Assembly: GCA_951406725.2 (NCBI GenBank)
Contig: OX597824.1
Coordinates: 89,156,001-89,220,000, forward strand
Length of the DNA stretch: 64,000 nt
From: Octopus vulgaris
Taxonomy: Eukaryota
Direction: 5' to 3'
The translations under genes and the position numbers were made by a program. Shown piece after piece: positions 55,682-64,000 of this stretch; the first letter of the stretch is position 1, and each line of letters opens with the position of its first letter. Below the pieces are notes generated by a model, which was not told where the DNA came from, ran no database searches, and saw nothing but the letters and a program-made list of their open reading frames with translations.

Positions 55682-55713
<32 letters not shown>

Positions 55714-55725
55714 TCATCGTCATCA
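55493..55725. repeat. (CAT)n compound repeat
   Basis: Direct reading. Confidence 0.9.
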
Positions 55726-56254
55726 TATATTCACAAGATGGGAAATTGATACCCATGAATCTCGCCATCTTTGGTTCTCTGGCTGTTGGGCATTATATCA
55801 CATTTCTAATTTTTATAGTTCGTATTTTCCTTTGGAAATATTCTTCCGAGCTTTCTGTTGATAAACTGACATGTGCCACATTGATTGTCATTGAATTTGG
55901 ATTTTACGAATGATTTAACATCATTGTTTGGCTCAAACTTTGTCTTTGTCAAAAATTCCTTCGAGTGTTTTGGTAGTGTTTCACTGTGAACGAGTCTCCG
56001 ATTTCTAATTACATCTTTTAGTTCGTTATTCTGACCGATGATAAGCACGCTGAATCATCTTGGTGGGGCATATCGGAAAGTATTTAGAGGACAAACCTAG
56101 TCGTTTAATAACAGTAATCAACTGTGAAACAAAACTTCTTGGTTAATACTGCACTACATGAAATTGAAGATTGCAGAAAGCATGAAAGTACTTGCGTTAT
56201 TATGATGTTGAACATTGTAAAATTGTAAATTTGCATTCATGCATACATACATAA

Positions 56255-56495
56255 TTACAAAATAATAAATAAAACATATGCATATATATATATATATACA
56301 TATATGTACATACCTACATCTATATGTATATATACATGCATATATAGGTACAAGGCACAAAAAACGTAGAACACAATGAGAAACGAAAACGAAAAAGACC
56401 CTGGAAACGGACATTCCTCAAACAACGAAAAGACAGAGTACAAGACATACAACACAAGGAATATTCCCCTTCTTCAGCTGCCCCTGCTTCGACTA
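56255..56495 (-). mobile_element. Second copy of the 34150-34475 repeat
   Basis: Reverse-complement similarity by eye. Confidence 0.7.
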
Positions 56496-57184
56496 CTTAT
56501 ATATACATAGGTATATAGATATATATACATATGTATATGTGTGCCTGTGTGTGTATATATATGTATGGATATATATATATATATATACATACACACACAT
56601 ACATATAGAAATACATATTAATCAGAATATACACTATTATAAATCTATTACATCTGGTCTTACCCATCAGTTTCATACCGGATATTAACTACTGCGTGGT
56701 TATTTAATACTTCTTCAACTACACTCCTACACGCATACCAACCTTATACTCACAGCAAATTCTAAACAAAAAAAAACTGCCACCTACACATATGTTTACT
56801 CATCTGCCTCTAAGAGCATCGCAGCTAATTCCAGTTTTGGGGGATAACTCCCGATAAATTCCTCGAATTATTGTTTCCCACAATTTTGCTTCGTCTTATT
56901 CTTTCACAGTATTCACAAAACAGATGGGACACTTTCTCACATCCAATAACAGAGGACAGCTAGCATTTCCCCTCTCCCCTGCCTACCATCCTTGAAGAGC
57001 ACGTGTATGAGATAATCACCCACTTACCTAATATGCAGCGCAAAACCGATCGATAAAATCGGTTGTAATGGATCTGCAATACTGTTTAGTTTGGATTAAT
57101 ATAACCTCTCTGTTGACAAATATACGAGTGCCTATTTTTCCTGATCTGTGAATTCTTAGATTATATATATATCACCATGATTGA

Positions 57185-57365
57185 CCGCTAAATCCACAAG
57201 TTTAAAAAAAAATTCTCTCTGTTTATTTCATCGTGTACCTTTCTGTTGAAGAGCGTAGGTTCGAAACGTAAAATACTTTCTTACCTTCCTGACCGTCAAA
57301 CTAATACACCTGCTTGTTGTTTATACACCTGTCTACGTCTTTTGTTTTTCTGTAAATTTCAATTA
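57185..57365 (+). mobile_element. Penelope-type terminal repeat with an HHR variant at 57239-57274
   Basis: CTTT-CTGTTGA-A-GAGC(GTAG)GTTC-GAAACGTA-AAA; homologous to 49875-50042. Confidence 0.7.
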
Positions 57366-57385
57366 TATATATATATATATATATA

Positions 57386-57607
57386 CTTTATTTAAAAGCA
57401 GCAGAAATATAACAAAAGCTGTTACTCGGAATTTCACGTTCCCGTTCGTCGGGCACTTTTGTTCAAGCTGTACGACGAACGGGAACGTGAAACTCCGAGT
57501 AACAGCTTTTGTTATATTTCTGCTGCTTTTAAATAAAGCATATTACTCTACCCCTGGTATTTGAGTACTCTTTTTTCCACCTTGTTTCACATTTATGTGC
57601 TTACTCC

Positions 57608-57610
<3 letters not shown>
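57386..57610. mobile_element. Penelope-type fold-back element (66-bp arms) with HHR variants on both strands
   Basis: Arms 57386-57451 / 57473-57538; same unique 3' extension as 38400-38468. Confidence 0.85.
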
Positions 57611-57677
<67 letters not shown>

Positions 57678-58175
57678 CTCAGGAAGTCGAAAAGCAAAAT
57701 TTATATCCTTATATCGAACATTAAATGATAAACAAGAAATATAGTGTGTAAATGTACAGGTTCTACCAAGCATACACTTTAGATAAAGTTTTCACAAATA
57801 ACTCCCTACATACGATGAGGCTCGCCATGTACACACGTTTACGCAATCTTAACCCTATCATGTATTGCTTCACTTTTAGCTAGCCATTTACAAGGATATT
57901 GGTGTAGAAATATCCCATTCTCTGCTTCCAACAGCATTTAATATGTTGTATTATATTTTCAAGTGTGCGACTGGTCAAACGGAATACGTAGACATGCCTA
58001 CGAAATGCCAGGAGGTCCCACAGGCAATATGGCAGACGTGACGACAGAGCATATAAACCGGATATACTGTCGGAACACAACAAACCAACTGTATATATTC
58101 AATGTATTTTTAAAAAGGAACATTTTAAAATGATGCCTATGTGTTGGCGTCTGACATTTGCTTGTTTTTTACAGT

Positions 58176-58704
<529 letters not shown>

Positions 58705-58721
58705 TCTGTGTGTGTGTGTGT

Positions 58722-59072
58722 GGAGGCGCAATGGCCCAGTGGCTAGGGCAGCGGACTCGCGGTCGTAGGATCACGGTTTCGATTCCCAGACCGGGCGTTG
58801 TGAGTGTTTATTGAGCGAAAACACCTAAAAGCTCTACGGGCTCCGGTAGGGTGTAGTGGTGATCCCTGCTATACTCTTTCATCACAACTTTCTCTCAGTC
58901 TTTCTTCCTGTTTCTCTTGTACTTGTATTTCAAAGGGACCAGCTTTGTGTCACGCTGAATCTCCCTGAGAACTACGTTAAGGTTACACGTGTCTATGGAG
59001 TGCTCAGCCACTTGCACGTTAATTTCACGAGCAGGCTAGAAACCTCGTCGTCGCAACCGACGGAGTGCCACG
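58722..59072 (+). mobile_element. SINE C
   Basis: Colinear with 28379-28763. Confidence 0.92.
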
Positions 59073-59118
<46 letters not shown>

Positions 59119-59144
59119 ATGTGCGTGTGTGTGTGTGTATAAAC

Positions 59145-59417
59145 GCGCGTGGCTTAGTGGTTAGAGTATTTGGCTCGCGATCACCGGGTCACGAGTTCGT
59201 TTCTTGGCAGCGCGTTGTATCCTTGAGCAAGACAATTTATTTCATGTTGCTCCAGTCCACTCAGCTGGCAAAAATGAGTAGTACTTGTCACACTGAATCT
59301 CCCTAAGAAATATGTGAAGGTTACACGTGTCTGTGGAGTGCTCAGCCACCTGATCTCACGAGCAAGCTGTTCTGTTGACCACGTTGACCGGAACCCTCGT
59401 CGTCGTAACAGACAGAC
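59145..59417 (+). mobile_element. SINE with a D-type head and C-type tail
   Basis: gttgtatccttgagcaagac...cactcagctgg followed by ggttacacgtgtctgtggagtgctcagccac. Confidence 0.8.
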
Positions 59418-59554
59418 TGAAATTTATATATATACGTGTGTGTGTATGTGTGTGTGTGTGTGTGTGTGTGTTTGTATACATGTAAGCCACGATTGAGCAC
59501 ATGTATGTGAATACATATGGACACACACACACATACACACATATATATATATAC

Positions 59555-59739
59555 TATAATTTTTGGTTTTAACAGGGTCCGATTTGAATTTTATCTTCTT
59601 CGGAAGGAAGAGCAAGCCTTGTTCTATCATACTCTCAATTTTGGTCAACTTGTGCTGCAGGGTCTCGGAGGAGATAGTGTTAGTTGAAGGCTACCAAACT
59701 TTCCACACACAGACAACTTCAGCTTTATATATAGAGAGA
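59555..59739 (-). mobile_element. Helitron-like 5' fragment
   Basis: Minus strand A|TCTCTCTATATATAAAGCTGAAGTTGTCTGTGTG resembles the 5' end of the 11205-11603 element; no 3' CTAG hairpin seen. Confidence 0.55.
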
Positions 59740-59954
59740 TAATAATATATATGTTCGATTGCTTATCAAGCTATCTCTCTATCTTGCTTCTTTATCTGTC
59801 TCTGGCTGTGTGTCCCTCTCTTTATCACTCTTCTCTCTCTCTCTCTCTCTCTCTCTCCCTTTCTCTCTTTCTCTCTTTCTCTCTCTCTTTTTCCCTCATC
59901 TCTCTATCCTGCTTCTTTATCTGTCTTTGTCTGTGTGTGTCTCTCCTTATCCCT

Positions 59955-59995
<41 letters not shown>

Positions 59996-61440
59996 TTCTC
60001 TCTTTCTTTCTCCTTCTCTCCCCTTCTTTACAGGTGAGCATACCCATCGAAAGGTATAGGCTACGTTTCAGTAACATATTTCTTAAATTATAAACCCTTT
60101 AACGAGCCCCCGAGTTCAAATCCTGCCTCAGCAAAATAAATCAATAACTGAACTTGAGGTTATTGACTCCCTCTGTGTGTGTGTATGTGTGTGTGTCTGT
60201 AAATATATATATATATATATATATATAATCAGAAGGCTTCACCGGAGCATTCAAAATATTTTTGTTTGCACCGGAACTCTCCTAAGTGAACAGTGGCCAT
60301 TTTGTTTTTGTGTATATTTTCTTTGTTTGTTCTTTTAGATTTGTTTACATTTTGTTTCAGTTGTTTTTATTATGTGTTCTCTTCATTTACATCAAGTCTA
60401 GTTTATAAAACATTTATGACATAACCGAAATAAAGCCAGGCCTCTTCAAAATAGTCGTATATCCAGTGTAATATTTCGATTACATTACGGTAATATATTA
60501 AATAAAACTGTTGCACTGAAGTGATATTACAACAGACTGTGATATTGAGTTCGTCCAAGCGGAATCTTGTTAAGCTATTTCAGCCTCTTCTCAATGATGT
60601 AAGCGACAACTCTTTTATGTAGTTATTCAATTTGTTGGTTTCAGGTAAAAAAAGAAGAAACAAGAATAAAATACAAATGTTTTCAAAAACTCCTGAAAGC
60701 CGATGGACATTAAGTTCTTCTGATTTTATAGAATTAATTTGAAAAGGGATAGAAGTTTCCCTGGATAGGATAACACACTATCACAGATTAACATTCCCAA
60801 ATGACAGGATACATATTACCGACGTCTGAATGAACTGGAGCATGTGGAATGAAGTCGTACTGCCTAAATTGCACAGAAAGATGTCTGCTGTACCATATTC
60901 TTGTCATCGTTGCTGTTGTTGTTGTTGTTTTGCTCGGGTCATTCGGGAGTGAGCAGATTTATGATCAATTACAATCCGTCCCTAATCATCCTGTATTTTA
61001 TTTTTCTGGCTTACTGTATCAAGCACTATATTAGCCAGTGTCTCTCCCCAATTTTTAAAAGATTTCGGTTGCAAGATGAGAAAGATTTAACTGTTATTTC
61101 TCGCAAGTTGAGTGAACCTGGAGAGGCTTCTTAGTTCGCCCGGGTCGAGCAACTATACAGAAGCACATACTTCTGCCTATAGACTGGAACTAAATGTCTG
61201 AGATTCGGTTGTCTGATAATCTTCTCATTCTGCCATTTGCCTCTAAAGATTATCAGGGGATTTCTGCCAAAGTGTAGAAATATCCTCAGATCGTATAAAA
61301 ATGTTAAGATTATGTTAAATGCTTAAATGTTAAGAGTTTTTTGCTAACTTTTCAGAGGCCCCAAAGAAATCCCGATGAAAGTTTCTAATGTTAAAGGAAA
61401 AGAGTGTCAATATTCCTCCAAGAAGTCCGTCTAGGTGTTG

Positions 61441-62100
61441 AGTAAGCATAGGTTAGCACAAGTAGGACTCGGTCAACAAGTAACCTGGACAAGGTGGGTC
61501 AACATAGAGCAGCGGGACATCACTTGGTCCGATCTCAGGTGGGATGGCATCCAGCTCATCAGCTTCCTCATCCAGACAGTTTATCGTATCCGATAAGCTT
61601 TCGCTCACAAGAGAGGAGTAAAGTATGTTTCTGTCCCTTGTGTACTGAAAAAGTGTCCCTTAAACACCTCTACAGCAGCTGCTCCAGCGTCATGACAGTG
61701 TGCACGAGGCAGTTGCGGAGGTTTTGACAGCAGATGTTAAGTCCAATAAACAACTATTCAAGAAGGACGCCATTAGTTTTCTCAAAACTAGAGAGAAGTC
61801 TATTTCGCTGACACATCAATGGTTGTAGCTTCTTTCCATAGCCCCATTTCCCAGCGAGATTGTCAACTTAGCGTGGTCTTTACGGAACAGTTAAAGCTCA
61901 CGGACCAAATCAAATCTCGACATAATTACCTTCTCGAATTCTACCACGCAGGTGATTACGTGGGAACTGACTGTTCTGGGAAGAATACACGGAGAATCAC
62001 AAGAGAAAGCTTACTAAATACCAGAAGCTGGTAGAGCAAAGTGAGGTTGGCGGGCACGTTGCAAGCCAATTGGTATGGGCTGCTGGGGTTCACTTTGAAA
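61441..62100 (+). pseudogene. HERO/R2-group (RLE-type) non-LTR retrotransposon C-terminal relic
   Basis: GQQVTWTRWVNIEQRDITWSDL..ISFLIQTVY*; CPLC....SLKHLYSSC zinc knuckle; KLTKYQKLVEQ and CKPIGMGC resemble the KxxKYxxL and PVEVGCRGF motifs; many stops and frameshifts. Confidence 0.75.
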
Positions 62101-62389
62101 AGATCTGACAAGGTTTCGAGTTCATCTCATCTAGGTCGTCCCATAGGACGCCCCTTATTCATAGAGGTTTCGGTTGCGCATACTATAGGAGCGATAGGGC
62201 GTTACTCCACGTGGTCCCACAGTTTCCATCTAACTAGAAATAGTAGGGTCTCATCCATTGTCTTGTATTCAAGATCCTCTGCATGACATTCTGCTAGTTC
62301 AAAGCCAGGAATCTGATCTGTTAGGTCCTGCCAGTAACTAAATCCACGCCCTGCTGCCGATGCTTCGATTTATTGTCATTAAGATTTTG

Positions 62390-62700
62390 TCTGTCTCTTA
62401 CCCTTAGAGCTGTCTCGCCTGGTAAGACCTACTTGAAGATTTCTCTCCCTCCAGCATAGCTCTCTAGATCAATGGAGCACACAGGCACTTCACCGCGACA
62501 TGGTACTTGTTGAATTGGCCGTTGACTACACAACAGTGCTTCCGCCCTTTTTCGTCCCACAGGGTGTCCCACTGGGTGTCCAACCCTCCTCACCAAGCAA
62601 GCTTGTTAGGGTTGCCAGTTTAGTTACCGACGACCCAACCTTGTGACAGGTTGTACAGGGTTACATGTTGCCAGTGGCGCTCAAGAGCGACCTGACCAGA
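62390..62700 (-). mobile_element. Possible RTE-type 5' UTR relics
   Basis: ccagcatagctctctagatcaatggagcacac...caccgcgacatggt resembles RTE/Expander 5' ends (from memory). Confidence 0.4.
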
Positions 62701-62757
62701 GGTTTCGAATTATTAACTGAAAGAATCATGAATGCGTCGGATAAAATACTTAACAAC

Positions 62758-63006
62758 AATCGACTTAATCCCTTTGTCTGTCCTTGTTTGTCCTCTCTGT
62801 GTTTAGCTCTTTGTGGGTAGTAAAGAAATAGGTATTTTCGCCCGTCGCTACGTTCTGAGTTCAAATTCCACCGAGGTCGACTTTGCCTTTTATCCTTTCA
62901 GGGTCGATAAATTAGGTACCAATTACGCACTGGTAATCGACTTAATCCCTTTGTCTGTCCTTGTTTATCCCCTCTATGTTTAGCCCTTGTGGGCAATAAA
63001 GAAATA
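62758..63006 (+). mobile_element. SINE B, 5'-truncated dimer
   Basis: Partial unit, junction gaaata|ggtatttt at 62831, then a unit ending gggcaataaagaaata; followed by an old B relative to about 63200. Confidence 0.92.
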
Positions 63007-63469
63007 TGAATCGTTAGAGCTTCAGACAAAATGTCTGTTCTGGTTCCTTAAGTTCTAAGTTCAAATCCTTCTAGCATCATCCTTGCCCTTTGTCCCTCTG
63101 GTGTCGATAAAATAATGTCTCAATAAAGATGTGGAGTCCATGTACTTGACTAAACCCTCTCCCTTCAAAGCCGCTGGACTTCTGCTTAATTTAGAAATAT
63201 TTAATAATACTGATATTGCATATGTAATATCTGGAAAAAGACGGGATTGTCATTTCTGGAATGCTTTTGATAAGAGGAAGTTAACATCCACAACAACAAC
63301 CTACAGATCATGAAGACCCCCAACATTTTGCAATCAACAGCAGCAACATCCCATACATCACGAACTAACAAATATCTATTACATCATCTATCACTGTGCT
63401 AGAAATAGCAGTCAAATCGGTGTCTTAAAAAAGGCAGGGGGCACACGTTAGATAATATGGTTGTAGATA

Positions 63470-63930
63470 TGTTTCTTTATTAGCCACACAGAGCTGCACA
63501 CAGACGGGACAGATTACAAAGTAGAACTTTTCTTTTTTGGGGAGAAAAAAAGTGGGGTAAGTTTTCGATCAAAAGGGATCGTAAAAGGGAAAGAAAAAAA
63601 AAGGAAAGAAAAAAAACAATAAATAGGGGTCGTGTATCACAGTAATGTCATGATGTAAAGTGTAAAGGGGGAAGCAGATAAGGTTTATCTGTGGAAAGAA
63701 GAGCCTACGGAAAAGACCACGGTAACCTCGGTCAATAATTTTACATGTTACCACATTTGTTTGCAAGTAGGTAACCCTCTGTTTTAAATTTTCCGGGTTC
63801 ATAAGATTATGCTCAAGGTGTCTTCGTCATTCATACGTGCCATCTTTGCTACATTCACCCATCTTTTTTTTTAAACATTCGCTAGACAAAACTTGCCTCT
63901 CTACTTTCACTTTCATTTCCAAGTGGAACC
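63470..63930 (-). mobile_element. Tx1/L1-like LINE 3' end (ORF2 C-terminus, 3' UTR, AATAAAGAAA)
   Basis: Minus strand FHLEMKVKVERQVLSSECLKK/RWVNVAKMARMNDEDTLSIIL* (1-nt slip in an A-run); T-rich UTR; terminal aataaagaaa. Confidence 0.65.
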
Positions 63931-64000
63931 AGAGAAAAAATTTTAAATACTGCTGAATATATATTTCTCTTTGATCTTAGATAAACTTCGATCAGGGTTC

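Noticed and set aside
56640-57000. Faint Penelope C-terminal motifs (e.g. a YHP-like stretch)
   Set aside because: No sustained reading frame; cannot be supported without alignment.
58722-58795. tRNA-like heads as real tRNA genes
   Set aside because: Each continues into a multi-copy SINE body; no complete cloverleaf could be established.

Overview
Eukaryotic, AT-rich, essentially non-coding (intronic or intergenic) DNA. It is saturated with microsatellites and tRNA-derived SINEs in a pattern typical of octopus genomes (taxon inferred, not verified). Nearly all ORFs in the track are simple-repeat artefacts. One credible host coding exon was found: minus strand 2591-2765, signal-peptide-like, with a perfect phase-1 GTAAGT donor. 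Mobile-element content comprises at least four SINE types (working labels A-D), a Penelope-like RT pseudogene, many Penelope-type terminal-repeat remnants carrying minimal hammerhead-ribozyme (HHR) variants, 3' ends of RTE and Tx1/L1-like LINEs, a HERO/R2-group relic, an internally deleted Gypsy-like LTR element, a non-autonomous Helitron and two MITEs. Two things stand out. (1) SINE B repeatedly forms head-to-tail arrays of a ~184-bp unit that always restart at the same GGTATTT site inside its own tRNA-like head; two trimers each sit within a single 15-bp TSD, and the SINE tail matches the 3' end of a Tx1/L1-like LINE in the same window. (2) Several fold-back hairpin elements in TA microsatellites carry HHR cores with recurrent non-canonical substitutions. 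Coordinates were read by eye and may be off by a few bases; no database searches were run.
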